64,000 bases of DNA, from assembly GCA_023300105.1 (NCBI GenBank), contig JALZWM010000063.1, positions 6,101-70,100 of the forward strand, in the 5' to 3' direction. Made by a program: the position numbers and the translations under genes. Within the stretch, counting starts at the first letter, position 1. Each line of letters starts with the position of its first letter. Below are positions 38,378 through 49,049 of this stretch, in pieces. The stretch is from Hellea sp. GTDB lineage: Bacteria; Pseudomonadota; Alphaproteobacteria; Caulobacterales; Maricaulaceae. The notes under the pieces were generated by a model. It made no database searches. It had not been told where the DNA came from and saw nothing but the letters and a program-made list of their open reading frames with translations.

Positions 38378-38542
38378 TCCATTAATTCTGTTCCCTACGT
38401 CAAGTTCAGACTTGTTAAAAGGGAAAGAGCCGTTCTTGAAGGAAGGTCGGGGCCCATTTCTTGAAGCTACCGAGTTGTTTTATTGTTAGAGATGGGACCC
38501 GTTTTGCAACGGGATGAGTGGAGAAGGAGGGGCGGTTGTCTC

Positions 38543-40690
38543 TTAAGCCACCAAGGATGCCCGCTCTGTTGCCTTTGGACGAGATGAGGACACCAACACA
38601 GCCTTGGCGGGAATGCTAACTGTAAATGTTGACCCAACCCCTTGATTGGATGTTACAGATAGTTCGCCTTGCATAGCCGCCGTTAATTTATGAGAGATAG
38701 CAAGGCCTAACCCCGTCCCCGCAATTGAAGTATGAATCTTGTTTTCTGCCTGTGTAAATTTCTCGAAAATCATTTCGAGTTTATCGGCTTCGATTCCAAT
38801 GCCAGTATCCGATACGCTTATTCTAATCTGGGTTTCCGTATTTTTAACCTGTCCTGAAACACGCACATTGACGTGACCTTCTGATGTGAATTTCAAAGCA
38901 TTACCAATTATGTTCATAGCGATTTGGCGAATACGGTTTTTATCTAACAAAAAAACTTCAGGTAAGTCTGCTGCATACTCATAGTTAAGTTCTATTTTCT
39001 TAGTGAAACTTTGTGGTTTTAATAATGAAACCACGTCTTGCAAAGTTTGATTTAAATTGGTGGGCTGCACGTTTAGGGCTAGCTTTCCTGCTTCAATTTT
39101 CGAAAAGTCTAAAATATCATTGATAAGTGCCATAAGCGTGGCTCCCGACCCTTTGATAATTCCAACATATTGTTTTTGTTGCGGTGATAGCGGCGTTCGT
39201 TCCAGTAATTGAGCCATACCTAAAACGCCGTTCATTGGCGTTCTGATTTCATGGCTCATATTGGCTAAAAAAGAACTCTTAGCTTGGTTGGCTGTTTGCG
39301 CTTTGAGTTCACTTTTAATGAGATTTTTTTGACTCTTACGCATGAAAAATAGAAACCAAGTTAGAATACCAGCACCGCTAAGAAGCGAGAGTATGGTTAT
39401 GAACATCATTTTATTTATGCTCTGGTTTCGATTTAGCTTATTTTGCAATTGCATAAGCTCTTGATGAGATTTGAAAGCCCTAAATTCTAAATCATTTAGT
39501 ATGGCGCGTGTTGCAACAATGGTTTCTTGACGATCATTTTCAAGGCCAAATAATTTTTTATACCACATGATTGACGTTTCAACACGGCCTAATGATTCCA
39601 AGGTAAGAGCGTAATCTTCGTAGAGATTTCGCTTTAAACTCAAATTATTATCAGTATCAACTAATGTGATTCCTGCCTCCAACTCCAATAGGGCTTTGTT
39701 GTAGTCGCCTTGATGGTGCGCGGCGTTTCCGATGAGGCGGTGACTAACAGCGGAGAGGTAGTCCTGCTTAAGTGTTTTGTTGGCGGCTCCAACGGCTATT
39801 CCCATCTGTCCCGCCTTCGCATAATCCGCGTTTAGAAGATAAGCGCGGCCACGATTGGCGGCATTAAGAGCGCGGGCTTTGTTGAGCTTTGTAGGCGTTA
39901 AGCCTTGTGTTTCATTAATTTTAGACGCTTTTTCCAAATATATGAGGGCATTTTCTCCGTCACCCAATTGATTGTAAAGATAGGCAATTTCATTGATAGC
40001 GGAAGGGTGCCACTTTTGAACCTCTTCTATTTCCATATATTCCGGGGTGTTGAGCATCTTTAATAAGAGGTTTAGAGCGTGATTGTAATCTGATATCTCT
40101 ATGGAGACCTCCACTAAAGACTTATCTAATATGAAGTTTAAATATGTATCAGGGGTGTTATAAATGCTGGCGCGCAATTTCAGTATAATCTCATAAGCTA
40201 TGCCTAAGTTATCTGTTTTGGCCAATGATTCGACGACTTGATACATTGTATCGCCATATCTTTTTTCTGAAGGGTAATATTCTCTTGGCCTAGAAGAATA
40301 AATATCATCCGCCAATTCAGCCGCAGCCTCAAACTCACCAATTTTTGACAGAACATCTAGTTTGAATAAATCCAGCTCTATACTTAACATTTTTGGGGCA
40401 TCGGCCTTAAGGCCGTCTTGAATTTCGTCTATTTCTATAACTAACTCGGGTGAGCGTCTCAGATAGGAGAGCTTGGCTTTGATCGCTTTGATATCTTGGT
40501 GCGTCTGATGCTTAACTGAATGAGTATAAGGTCCTCGTAATTGATTTGCACAGGCTTGAGATGTTCCAAGTGTTAGGGCGACTAAAGCGAGAATAACATG
40601 CACTTTTACAGCATGTATTTGCCTTGTTTTTAGTACAGCGCGAGCCGCAAAGATACATGTCTCATGTATGAAACTATATATAAAATGCAC
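38543..40690 (-). CDS. Sensor histidine kinase with TPR-like periplasmic region, no receiver domain
   Basis: Helical repeats (NEIAYLYNQLGD...ALIYLEKA), one TM segment, FLANMSHEIRTPMNGV, NALKFT, DTGIGI, GTGLGL; ends after HATPase. Confidence 0.88.
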   Translation of the reverse strand: MHFIYSFIHETCIFAARAVLKTRQIHAVKVHVILALVALTLGTSQACANQLRGPYTHSVKHQTHQDIKAIKAKLSYLRRSPELVIEIDEIQDGLKADAPKMLSIELDLFKLDVLSKIGEFEAAAELADDIYSSRPREYYPSEKRYGDTMYQVVESLAKTDNLGIAYEIILKLRASIYNTPDTYLNFILDKSLVEVSIEISDYNHALNLLLKMLNTPEYMEIEEVQKWHPSAINEIAYLYNQLGDGENALIYLEKASKINETQGLTPTKLNKARALNAANRGRAYLLNADYAKAGQMGIAVGAANKTLKQDYLSAVSHRLIGNAAHHQGDYNKALLELEAGITLVDTDNNLSLKRNLYEDYALTLESLGRVETSIMWYKKLFGLENDRQETIVATRAILNDLEFRAFKSHQELMQLQNKLNRNQSINKMMFITILSLLSGAGILTWFLFFMRKSQKNLIKSELKAQTANQAKSSFLANMSHEIRTPMNGVLGMAQLLERTPLSPQQKQYVGIIKGSGATLMALINDILDFSKIEAGKLALNVQPTNLNQTLQDVVSLLKPQSFTKKIELNYEYAADLPEVFLLDKNRIRQIAMNIIGNALKFTSEGHVNVRVSGQVKNTETQIRISVSDTGIGIEADKLEMIFEKFTQAENKIHTSIAGTGLGLAISHKLTAAMQGELSVTSNQGVGSTFTVSIPAKAVLVSSSRPKATERASLVA

Positions 40691-40914
40691 TTTTAATCTC
40701 TTTCGTTATTTTGTGTACTATTTTGTATCGCAACTTTAAGTAATTAGGATTAATAATTATGGTTATCAATGTATGAGTTCATAGGAATCGTAACGCGAGA
40801 CACGTTATATTTTTACTCTTTTGAGGCATTCCATAACCCGCCTTAGTCATCAGATTATTTCAAGAAAATCATTACATTTGCGCATTGCTTTATTCGTGCT
40901 AGTTAGAAGCTCTT

Positions 40915-41445
40915 ATGCGATGCCCTTTTTGTAGTTCCGAAGACACACAAGTCAAAGATAGCCGTCAGGCCGAAGATAATTCGGCTGTGCGTCGCCGCCG
41001 TTTGTGCGGAAAATGCGCGGGGCGGTTTACGACATTTGAGCGGGTGCAACTGCGCGAGCTTACTGTCGTTAAAAAGTCTGGACGCCGCGTTGCCTTTGAC
41101 CGAGATAAGATGGCGCGCTCTGTTATGATTGCGATGCAAAAGCGTCCTGTGGACCCTGAACGTATTGAACAGATGATTAGCGGCGTTGTGCGCCAACTCG
41201 AAAGCTCTGGTAATTCCGATATTACGTCTGACCAAATTGGTGCGCTTGTTATGGAGGGTCTCGCGGGATTAGATAAAGTGGCCTATGTGCGTTATGCTTC
41301 GGTTTATAAGGATTTTCGCGCGACGGCAGATTTTGAGACTTTTATCGAAGAAGAGAACCTTGTTGCCCATATGGATGATAAAGATACAGATGTAGATGAG
41401 ATAACCGACGCAGACGCGTCAAAAAACTCTAAAGGCCAAAGCTAA
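40915..41445 (+). CDS. nrdR: Transcriptional repressor NrdR
   Basis: [30 protein letters not shown] cone, [10 protein letters not shown]. Confidence 0.97.
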   Translation: MRCPFCSSEDTQVKDSRQAEDNSAVRRRRLCGKCAGRFTTFERVQLRELTVVKKSGRRVAFDRDKMARSVMIAMQKRPVDPERIEQMISGVVRQLESSGNSDITSDQIGALVMEGLAGLDKVAYVRYASVYKDFRATADFETFIEEENLVAHMDDKDTDVDEITDADASKNSKGQS

Positions 41446-41447
41446 GC

Positions 41448-42107
41448 TTGCCCCGCCCCCACGTTACATTGAAACTTGCGACCTCGCTTGATGGTAAAAT
41501 TGCGCTCGCCAACGGTATGTCCGAATGGATAACGGGTGAGGGCGCGCGCGCCGAGGGGCGCAAGCTTCGCGCCCGTCATGACGCGATTGCGGTCGGAGCG
41601 AATACGGCTGTGCTGGATAACCCGCAATTAACAACGCGCATCAATGGAGAGTCTGATCCTGTGAGGGTGGTATTTGATACGAAACTACGTCTGTCACCAA
41701 AATCGAATTTGGCTTTGACGGCTAAGAGTACCCCCGTGTGGGTTTTCAGTGATGTGACAACAGGTAAGACCGCTGAGCAGCTAAAAGATTTAGGCGTTCG
41801 CTTGATTAAGGTACCTGTTAGTCTTGGGGTGGACCTCGGCGCTGCGATGAAGGTTTTAAAAGAGAACGGCATTTCGACCTTGCTTGTGGAAGGCGGCGGA
41901 ACATTAGCTGCGAGTTTTTTGCGGCTAGACGCGGTTGACGTTATCGAATGGTTTCGCGCGCCGCTCATTCTGGGCGGTGACGGGCGGGGGGCGATTGGGG
42001 ACTTAAACCTGACGGACTTAAACCTCGCGCACCGTTTCAGCCGTATAGAATTACGCGATCTTGGCGACGATGTTTTAGAGAGATATGAGCGATGTTTACC
42101 GGCATAA
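41448..42107 (+). CDS. ribD: RibD reductase domain only (5-amino-6-ribitylamino-uracil reductase)
   Basis: Starts at VTLKLATSLDGKIA; has S.WITG, R..HDAI.VG..T...DNP.LT.R, LLVEGG. No HAE/PC..C deaminase domain. Confidence 0.85.
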   Translation: MPRPHVTLKLATSLDGKIALANGMSEWITGEGARAEGRKLRARHDAIAVGANTAVLDNPQLTTRINGESDPVRVVFDTKLRLSPKSNLALTAKSTPVWVFSDVTTGKTAEQLKDLGVRLIKVPVSLGVDLGAAMKVLKENGISTLLVEGGGTLAASFLRLDAVDVIEWFRAPLILGGDGRGAIGDLNLTDLNLAHRFSRIELRDLGDDVLERYERCLPA

Positions 42108-42715
42108 TTACCGACATAGGGACGATTAAATCTGTCACGCGGCTAACAGCGGGCCATTCTTCTAATGCTTGGGGGGGAGACACCCGCATGGATGTGACCT
42201 GTGCGTATGATACAAGCGGTATTGATATTGGCGCGTCTATTTCTCATTCTGGCGCTTGCATGACCGTGATCGAGAAAGGCCCCGATTGGTTTGCCGTTGA
42301 GGTCTCTGATGAAAGTCTATCCAAAACGACAATGGGCGATTGGGCTGAGGGCACGCAGATCAACCTTGAACGCGCGCTTACGGGCAAAGATGAAATGGGT
42401 GGCCATATGGTAACGGGCCACGTTGACGGTGTCGGGACACTTGTTGGCCTTGAAGAAATCGCAGGCTCACATAAATTACGCTTTGAAGCGCCCAATGATA
42501 TGGCATTTGGGATTGCGCCTAAAGGCTCTATTACTATCGACGGCGTGTCGCTGACGGTCAATGATGTGGATGATAATGCCTTTGAAGTGAACATCATTCC
42601 TCATACGTGGCAAGTCACCACATTGGGAAAACTTGCGCTTGGCAGCAAAGTAAATCTGGAAATTGACTTAATAGCACGCTATGTGGCGCGGTACTTAGCT
42701 CACATGAAAGCCTAA
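42092..42715 (+). CDS. ribE: Riboflavin synthase alpha chain
   Basis: MFTGII, GASI...G.C.TV, INLERAL, GGH.V.GHVD, KGSITIDGVSLT. Confidence 0.96.
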   Translation: MFTGIITDIGTIKSVTRLTAGHSSNAWGGDTRMDVTCAYDTSGIDIGASISHSGACMTVIEKGPDWFAVEVSDESLSKTTMGDWAEGTQINLERALTGKDEMGGHMVTGHVDGVGTLVGLEEIAGSHKLRFEAPNDMAFGIAPKGSITIDGVSLTVNDVDDNAFEVNIIPHTWQVTTLGKLALGSKVNLEIDLIARYVARYLAHMKA

Positions 42716-42716
42716 C

Positions 42717-43868
42717 ATGGCCAAAACAGACTTGAATGAGACGACAAAACAGAGTGTTTATAACCTCGCGACCCCAGAAGAGATCATCGAGGATGCTCGT
42801 AATGGCCGCATGTATATCCTCGTGGACGCCGAAGATCGTGAAAACGAAGGCGATCTCATTATTCCTGCTCAGTTCGCAACGCCTGACGCGATTAACTTCA
42901 TGGCAAAATTTGGTCGTGGTTTGATTTGTTTGGCTATTGAGCAAGCTAAAGCTGATGTGCTTGGGTTGTCGAATATGTCACTCGATAACCGCTCACGCTT
43001 TGAAACCGCTTTTACGCAGTCTATTGAAGCGCGTGAAGGTGTCACGACAGGCATTAGCGCGGGGGACCGCTCGCACACTATTCAAACAGCAATCGATCCA
43101 GAGACGCGTCAGGACGATATCGTCTCGCCTGGGCATATGTTCCCAATTATCGCCAAAGACGGCGGCGTGTTGGTGCGAACGGGTCACACAGAGGCCTCAG
43201 TTGATATCTCACGTATCGCGGGCCTAAACCCCGCTGCTGTTATTTGCGAAATCATGAATGATGATGGGACAATGGCCCGCCTTGATGATCTGGTGACGTT
43301 CGCTAAATTTCATGATCTAAAAATTGGGACTATCGAAGACCTTATCGCTTATCGCATGGAGAAAGACCATTTCGTCAAGCACGTGGCGTCCAGTGATTTT
43401 ACGTCTCAGAGGGGCGATGATTTCAAGATACACGTTTACCGCAATTTCCTAGATGGCAAAGAACATGTTGCACTGTCTAAAGGTGAGGCCAAACCCGATC
43501 AGGAAAGTCTTGTCCGTGTTCATAAAGTCGATTTTGCTGGTGATATTCTCTATGAAGAAAGCCCGCGCTCAGGCCTCATTTGGGACGCGATGAAACAACT
43601 TGCGGCGCATGACGGGCATTCTGTTTTAGTTTTAATTCGTGAAGGCTCGATTGATACGTTGCTTGAGCGTCTTGGCGCGCATAAAAGTTTCGTTGACCGC
43701 AAAGAACAAAATGTGCGCGAATATGGCGTCGGGGCGCAAATCCTTGTTGCTCAAGGCGTGCATAAAATGCGCCTTATCACCAATACTATGCCTAAGCTCA
43801 TTGGCCTTGAAGCTTATGACATTGAACTCGTCGGCATAACGCCGCTTCTGAGTGGACCCAAGTCATGA
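42717..43868 (+). CDS. ribB: DHBP synthase fused to a degenerate GTP cyclohydrolase II-like domain (RibBX type)
   Basis: [26 protein letters not shown]. The C-terminal domain has RVH and GVGAQIL but no Zn-binding cysteines. Confidence 0.9.
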   Translation: MAKTDLNETTKQSVYNLATPEEIIEDARNGRMYILVDAEDRENEGDLIIPAQFATPDAINFMAKFGRGLICLAIEQAKADVLGLSNMSLDNRSRFETAFTQSIEAREGVTTGISAGDRSHTIQTAIDPETRQDDIVSPGHMFPIIAKDGGVLVRTGHTEASVDISRIAGLNPAAVICEIMNDDGTMARLDDLVTFAKFHDLKIGTIEDLIAYRMEKDHFVKHVASSDFTSQRGDDFKIHVYRNFLDGKEHVALSKGEAKPDQESLVRVHKVDFAGDILYEESPRSGLIWDAMKQLAAHDGHSVLVLIREGSIDTLLERLGAHKSFVDRKEQNVREYGVGAQILVAQGVHKMRLITNTMPKLIGLEAYDIELVGITPLLSGPKS

Positions 43869-44308
43869 AAATTCTCGTTATAGAAGCGCGTTACTACACA
43901 GCGATTTCAGATGCTCTTTTGGACGGCGCGCTAGATGCGCTACAAGCTGGTAAGGCCGACATCACAAAGGTTACAGTTCCCGGGGCGCTAGAGATTCCGC
44001 ATGTCATCTCAATGGCCGAAGCGGCGAAATGCGGCTATGATGGATATGTGGCTCTTGGCTGTGTTATTCGCGGAGAGACAACGCATTACGATTATGTTTG
44101 CGGAGAAAGCGCGCGCGCGATTATGGACCTTGCCGTCAACCAACAGCTCGCAATTGGAAACGGCATCATAACCGTGGAAAATGAAGACCAAGCTTGGGCG
44201 CGGGCTAAGAAAGATAAAAAAGACAAAGGCGGGTTTGCAGCCAATGCGGCTTTGAAAATGATAAAAATTCGTTCGGAACTTCAATCGTCTAAAGGCGGCG
44301 CCGCCTAG
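43865..44308 (+). CDS. ribH: Lumazine synthase
   Basis: [34 protein letters not shown]. Confidence 0.96.
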   Translation: MKILVIEARYYTAISDALLDGALDALQAGKADITKVTVPGALEIPHVISMAEAAKCGYDGYVALGCVIRGETTHYDYVCGESARAIMDLAVNQQLAIGNGIITVENEDQAWARAKKDKKDKGGFAANAALKMIKIRSELQSSKGGAA

Positions 44309-44796
44309 TGTCCAAAGGTCCACATATAAAAGTGAGACGCGCAGCGCGTATCGCGGCTGTTCAAGCTCTTTATCAACTCGATATGAGCGATGAGCTATCT
44401 GGAACCGTCATTAAGCAATTTGTTGAACATAGATTTGGGCATGAAGATGAAAAAGACTTTATCGCTGTTGATGAAGCGTTTTTTCAAGATCTTGTTGAAG
44501 GCGTTATCAAATATCAAAGTGATATCGATGCAAGTATTTCAAGTAAACTATCCGAGAAATGGAAACTTAGTCGACTTGATTTAACATTACGGGCAATTTT
44601 ACGTGCGGGTGGATATGAAATTCAGCGTCGTCCTGATGTTCCCGCCCTCGTAATTATTGATCAATATGTCTCTATTGCTGCAGATTTTTTTCAAGGCAAA
44701 GAACCCGGCTTTATAAATGGCGCGCTAGATAAAATGGCTAAAGATGTTCGTAAAGCTGAGTTTGGGCTTGTCGGCGATGCCAACACTAGCATTTGA
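44308..44796 (+). CDS. nusB: Transcription antitermination factor NusB
   Basis: RRAAR..AVQALYQ, W.L.RL...RAILR, FING.LD. Confidence 0.95.
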   Translation: MSKGPHIKVRRAARIAAVQALYQLDMSDELSGTVIKQFVEHRFGHEDEKDFIAVDEAFFQDLVEGVIKYQSDIDASISSKLSEKWKLSRLDLTLRAILRAGGYEIQRRPDVPALVIIDQYVSIAADFFQGKEPGFINGALDKMAKDVRKAEFGLVGDANTSI

Positions 44797-44809
44797 TGAG
44801 TGTATTTTA

Positions 44810-45775
44810 ATGGATGAGTTTGAATTTATAGCAAAATATCTTGCACCCCTCGCTGGACCTGGCGGGTTAGGGCTAAAAGATGATGCGGCGGTCTTAAAAC
44901 CCAGTCACGGCAAAGACCTGATAATTACCAAAGATACAATGGTAGAGGGCACACATTTTCCGCATGGTCATTACGGGGCTAAGACATCGGGAAAACTTCT
45001 GAGAGCTAATTTGTCTGATTTAGCGGCAAAAGGGGCGATACCCGTTGGCTATATGCTGTCTATTGTTTGGCCGCACGGCGTTGATGAAAGTGTCTTTAAA
45101 GATTTCTCCGATGGATTAGCGGCTATTCAAAAGAAATATGATTTTAAACTTCTTGGCGGAGACACCACATCCTCAAGGGGCGCGATGGTTGTTACGGCGA
45201 CTCTTTTAGGTGAAGTTCCAGAGAATAAAATGGTTAGGCGTAATGGCGCAAATATTGGTGACGATGTTTGGGTCACGGGTACAATTGGTGACGCTTATCT
45301 CGGGCTTCAAAAAGTTCTGGGACGCCCCATTGATCCTAAACCCAAAGGGACTGGCATGAAACATTTTGAGAATGCCTATTTTCGTCCTGAACCACGTATC
45401 TCATTTGGAGATCATTTAAGAGATTATGCGAGTGCTTGTGCCGATATTTCTGACGGGTTAATTGCTGATGCAGGACATGTTGCGAAGGCCTCTAACATCA
45501 AGTTCAAATTAAATTTAGAGGCTATACCTTTGTCTAGACCCGCCGCAGAATGGGCGATGGGAGATTTATCTCGGATAAAAACTCTTGTCACATCTGGGGA
45601 TGACTATGAACTTGTATTCACCGCCCCCTCAACAAATGAGTCCTTTTTAACCGAAGCGAGTGCAGGGCTACAGCTTACGAAAATAGGGACTGTTGTGGAA
45701 GGGTCTGGCGTTGAGGTTGTGGGAAGCGACAATACATTGATTGAGTTTGACCAAGCAGGCCACAAACATTTTTAG
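44810..45775 (+). CDS. thiL: Thiamine-monophosphate kinase
   Basis: MDEFEFI, DDAA, D.MVEG.HF, NLSDLAA.GA, LLGGDT, DISDGL..D, GDDYEL. Start moved to 44810. Confidence 0.95.
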   Translation: MDEFEFIAKYLAPLAGPGGLGLKDDAAVLKPSHGKDLIITKDTMVEGTHFPHGHYGAKTSGKLLRANLSDLAAKGAIPVGYMLSIVWPHGVDESVFKDFSDGLAAIQKKYDFKLLGGDTTSSRGAMVVTATLLGEVPENKMVRRNGANIGDDVWVTGTIGDAYLGLQKVLGRPIDPKPKGTGMKHFENAYFRPEPRISFGDHLRDYASACADISDGLIADAGHVAKASNIKFKLNLEAIPLSRPAAEWAMGDLSRIKTLVTSGDDYELVFTAPSTNESFLTEASAGLQLTKIGTVVEGSGVEVVGSDNTLIEFDQAGHKHF

Positions 45776-45777
45776 AT

Positions 45778-45814
45778 AAAAAAAACCCAAATGGGTTGAG
45801 CATTTGGGTTTTTT
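45778..45814. terminator. Bidirectional intrinsic terminator between thiL and bamE
   Basis: AAAAAAAACCCAAATG-GGTTGAG-CATTTGGGTTTTTT. Confidence 0.85.
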
Positions 45815-45834
45815 GAAAGACCATTGGGGAAGAA

Positions 45835-46341
45835 TTAACCTCCGCCAGGTCCTCCTCCCCCCCCGGGAACGGGTTGATTGCCGCCAAGTTGACTTGTTGG
45901 TAGACGGCCAATTGTTCCAAAAACTTGTTCTAGAACTGACAGTTGTCGTCCGCGAGTCGGCGTCTTACGGTCAACATAATTTACATAGCGACCATCTTCT
46001 ATTCCATATTCAGAAACTTTGGTGACTTGGCCATCTTCGTTAAAAGTAATAGCTGTAATATTTCTGTCCGAAATTTGAGGTCTAAGGTAAGCGTAACGTT
46101 CGCGAACAGAGTTCATGTAAAACCACGTATCATCTTCAATATCTTCTTCAAACGTGGATTTTACAGATGGATTGCCCAGTCTTGCGAGCACTGTCGCTTT
46201 TGTATCAGTCTCAGGGTTTACTTCTTGAGGCTTATTTTTCACGGTCGGCACGTATCCATGTGTCCGAAGAATCGGATTGCAAGCTGTGGATAGAAAAGCA
46301 ACGGCAAGGACTGCGACAGTTTTCACAAGTGTGCGGGACAT
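45835..46341 (-). CDS. bamE: Outer-membrane protein assembly factor BamE
   Basis: Lipobox LSTAC, V...LG.PS, W.Y, I.F...G.V; typical alphaproteobacterial tail. Confidence 0.88.
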   Translation of the reverse strand: MSRTLVKTVAVLAVAFLSTACNPILRTHGYVPTVKNKPQEVNPETDTKATVLARLGNPSVKSTFEEDIEDDTWFYMNSVRERYAYLRPQISDRNITAITFNEDGQVTKVSEYGIEDGRYVNYVDRKTPTRGRQLSVLEQVFGTIGRLPTSQLGGNQPVPGGGGGPGGG

Positions 46342-46430
46342 AAAACACTTTGGTTTGTTAAATAGTACGCTATGCCTAACGAAAGCTAAGAGGGCTTGCA
46401 ATAGCCTTGTGTAAATTTAATGGAGCCGAA

Positions 46431-46958
46431 ATGGTAGGATTTATCAGTCGATTAATGGGGAAAAAGGATACAGCCCTAGAAGATGCAAAAACCATCTACG
46501 CAAAACTTATGGTTCAGTCTCGAAATCCTGATTTTTTTGGCGAAGGAAAAGTTCCTGATAACTATGATGGCCGTATAGATTTACTGACGCTGCATATTTC
46601 TGCAGTTCTTCAGGCTCTTCGCAAATATGGAGAGCAGGGTGAGCTGCTGTCACAAGCTTTATATGATGTTATGCGAGATGATTTTGAAATTGCTATGCGC
46701 GAAGAGGGACTTTCAGATACAGGTATTAAGCGCCGTATTAAACCTATGATGCAATTGTTCTTCACCCGCGTAAAGAGTTACGTTGAAGGGCTTCAATCTC
46801 AATCCAATATCGTGACTATTCTTAAGGAGGGGGTGTTAAAAGAGGGGAAAGATGAATTTCAAATTTTTCTGGCGGCTTACTTATCCGACTTTTCTGATAT
46901 TTTGGCTTCAAAATCCTTAGGCGAGCTTGCTCTAGGAAACTTTGTCTTTCCTAAATAG
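46431..46958 (+). CDS. Ubiquinol-cytochrome c chaperone (Cbp3-like)
   Basis: Y..L..QSR.P.FF...VPD..DGR..L..LH, RE.G.SD....R.K; divergent from bamE. Confidence 0.8.
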   Translation: MVGFISRLMGKKDTALEDAKTIYAKLMVQSRNPDFFGEGKVPDNYDGRIDLLTLHISAVLQALRKYGEQGELLSQALYDVMRDDFEIAMREEGLSDTGIKRRIKPMMQLFFTRVKSYVEGLQSQSNIVTILKEGVLKEGKDEFQIFLAAYLSDFSDILASKSLGELALGNFVFPK

Positions 46959-47017
46959 TACTCGCCATTAACATCGCGTTGCACTATAGCTGCGGCGAAT
47001 AAGGAATGATGTAATCT

Positions 47018-48070
47018 ATGCTGAACGGAGTGGTACTTTCGATTGATGCAATGGGGGGTGATAATGGCCCTGAAACTGTCATTAAAGGTATTGAGTATTT
47101 TCTCAAACACGAGGGAAAAAACCGCCGTGCACGTTTCTTGCTGCATGGTGATGAGCCCCAGCTTGCGGCGCTTTTGCTAAAATGCAAAAATGCCTCAACC
47201 CGCAGTGAAATTCGTCATACAGACCTTGAAATTGGGATGGATGAAAAGCCATCACAAGCCCTGCGCAAGGGTAAAGGGTCGTCAATGTGGAATGCGATTG
47301 AATCTCTTAAGTCTAATGAAGCCAATGTTGCTGTATCTGCTGGCAATACGGGGGCGTTAATGGCTATTTCAAAAATACGCTTGCGTAATAAGCAAGGCGC
47401 GCAAAGACCGCCTTTGGCGGCCAGCTGGCCTAACCCTAATGGGATGGGCGTTGTTTTGGATGTAGGCGCGAATATTGATTGTGACGCTGCGCAATTGACA
47501 GAATTTGCTGTTCTTGGTGAGGCTTACTTTAGGGCGCTTTATAAAGTCGAAAAACCAAGAGTAGGTATGATTAATGTTGGGTCTGAAGAAGGCAAAGGCA
47601 ATGAAGCCGTTAAGGCGGCTCATGAGCGCTTGTCTCAGAGCGAATTAAGTCTGAATTACATTGGGTATGTAGAAGGTAATGATATCTCTACGGGCGGCGC
47701 AGATGTCTTTATAACGGATGGATTTACAGGTAATGTAGCTTTGAAAACGGCTGAAGGTACTGCAAAGCTAATCGGGACCTATTTTAGCGCTGCCCTAAAA
47801 AGCGGGGCTTGGTCTAAATTTACAGCGTTTTTGAACGGGGTTGCCCTCAGAAAACTCAAAAAGCAAATTGATCCGCGAAAAGTGAACGGTGCAGTTCTAT
47901 TGGGGCTTAAGGGAGTCGTCGTGAAAAGTCATGGCGGTACAGATCATATTGGCTTTGCGAATGCGCTCAATGTCGCGATTGGTTTAGCTGAGAGTGATTT
48001 CTTAGATGAAATACAGCGGTCTATGGACGCGCTGCATAATGAAAATGACAATATAGGATTCATCGCCTGA
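47018..48070 (+). CDS. plsX: Phosphate acyltransferase PlsX
   Basis: [41 protein letters not shown]. Confidence 0.97.
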   Translation: MLNGVVLSIDAMGGDNGPETVIKGIEYFLKHEGKNRRARFLLHGDEPQLAALLLKCKNASTRSEIRHTDLEIGMDEKPSQALRKGKGSSMWNAIESLKSNEANVAVSAGNTGALMAISKIRLRNKQGAQRPPLAASWPNPNGMGVVLDVGANIDCDAAQLTEFAVLGEAYFRALYKVEKPRVGMINVGSEEGKGNEAVKAAHERLSQSELSLNYIGYVEGNDISTGGADVFITDGFTGNVALKTAEGTAKLIGTYFSAALKSGAWSKFTAFLNGVALRKLKKQIDPRKVNGAVLLGLKGVVVKSHGGTDHIGFANALNVAIGLAESDFLDEIQRSMDALHNENDNIGFIA

Positions 48071-49032
48071 TGCGCTCGGTTATAAAGGGTATTGGTAGCT
48101 ATTTGCCTGAGCATGTTCTTACCAATGAAGAATTGTCTAAAAAAGTTGAAACATCGGATGCTTGGATAAGAGAACGCACAGGCATCGGGCAGCGCCATGT
48201 TGCAGCCGAAGGTGAGTTCACATCAGACCTTGGTATAGCGGCGGCAAAAGCGGCTCTTCTTGATGCAGGGATGGACGCGCAGGATATAGACTTAATTGTC
48301 GTTGCAACCACGACGCCTGATTATACATTCCCGTCAACGGCGACAATAATTCAAGAAGGCCTTGGTATTCACCACGGTGCAGCCTTTGATATCCAAGCCG
48401 TTTGTAGCGGATTTATTTACGGCATGACGGTTGTTGATTCTTTGTTGAAGACAGGAACGGCTAAAAATGCGCTCCTAATCGGCGCGGAAACATTTTCGCG
48501 TATCCTAGACTGGGAAGACCGCACAACCTGTGTGCTCTTCGGGGATGGCGCAGGGGCTATGGTCATGTCAGCCTCCGAGGATGAAGCAGAAACTGCTGGC
48601 GTTATGAATACATTTGTGCGCTCAGACGGGGCGCATTGCAAACTTCTCTATGTGGACGGGGGGCCTTCACGTACACAAACCGTTGGTCATGTTAGAATGG
48701 TCGGGAATCAAGTCTTTAAATATGCTGTGAAAGATATATCCGCCGCTATGACCGCCTGCGCTGAAGGGGCTGGCGTATCGATAGACGATGTTAATTGGTT
48801 TGTGCCGCACCAAGCGAATCAAAGAATTTTAAACGGCGTTGCAAAGCGTTTGAAACTAAGACCTGAACAGGTCATTTCGACCGTTGAGTTTCACGCGAAT
48901 ACATCGGCCGCATCCGTGCCGCTCGCTATGGATACAGCCGTAAAAGATGGTCGCATTAAACGCGGTGACCTTGTTATGCTCGAAGCCTTTGGCGGCGGCT
49001 TTACGTGGGGCGCCGCTCTTTTTCGGTATTAG
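48070..49032 (+). CDS. fabH: Beta-ketoacyl-ACP synthase III
   Basis: [42 protein letters not shown]. Confidence 0.97.
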   Translation: MRSVIKGIGSYLPEHVLTNEELSKKVETSDAWIRERTGIGQRHVAAEGEFTSDLGIAAAKAALLDAGMDAQDIDLIVVATTTPDYTFPSTATIIQEGLGIHHGAAFDIQAVCSGFIYGMTVVDSLLKTGTAKNALLIGAETFSRILDWEDRTTCVLFGDGAGAMVMSASEDEAETAGVMNTFVRSDGAHCKLLYVDGGPSRTQTVGHVRMVGNQVFKYAVKDISAAMTACAEGAGVSIDDVNWFVPHQANQRILNGVAKRLKLRPEQVISTVEFHANTSAASVPLAMDTAVKDGRIKRGDLVMLEAFGGGFTWGAALFRY

Positions 49033-49049
49033 TTATTCAGCTTTCGGCA

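Noticed and set aside
40700-41447. FMN riboswitch ahead of the rib genes
   Set aside because: ribD follows nrdR by 2 bp, and no RFN consensus is visible upstream of nrdR.
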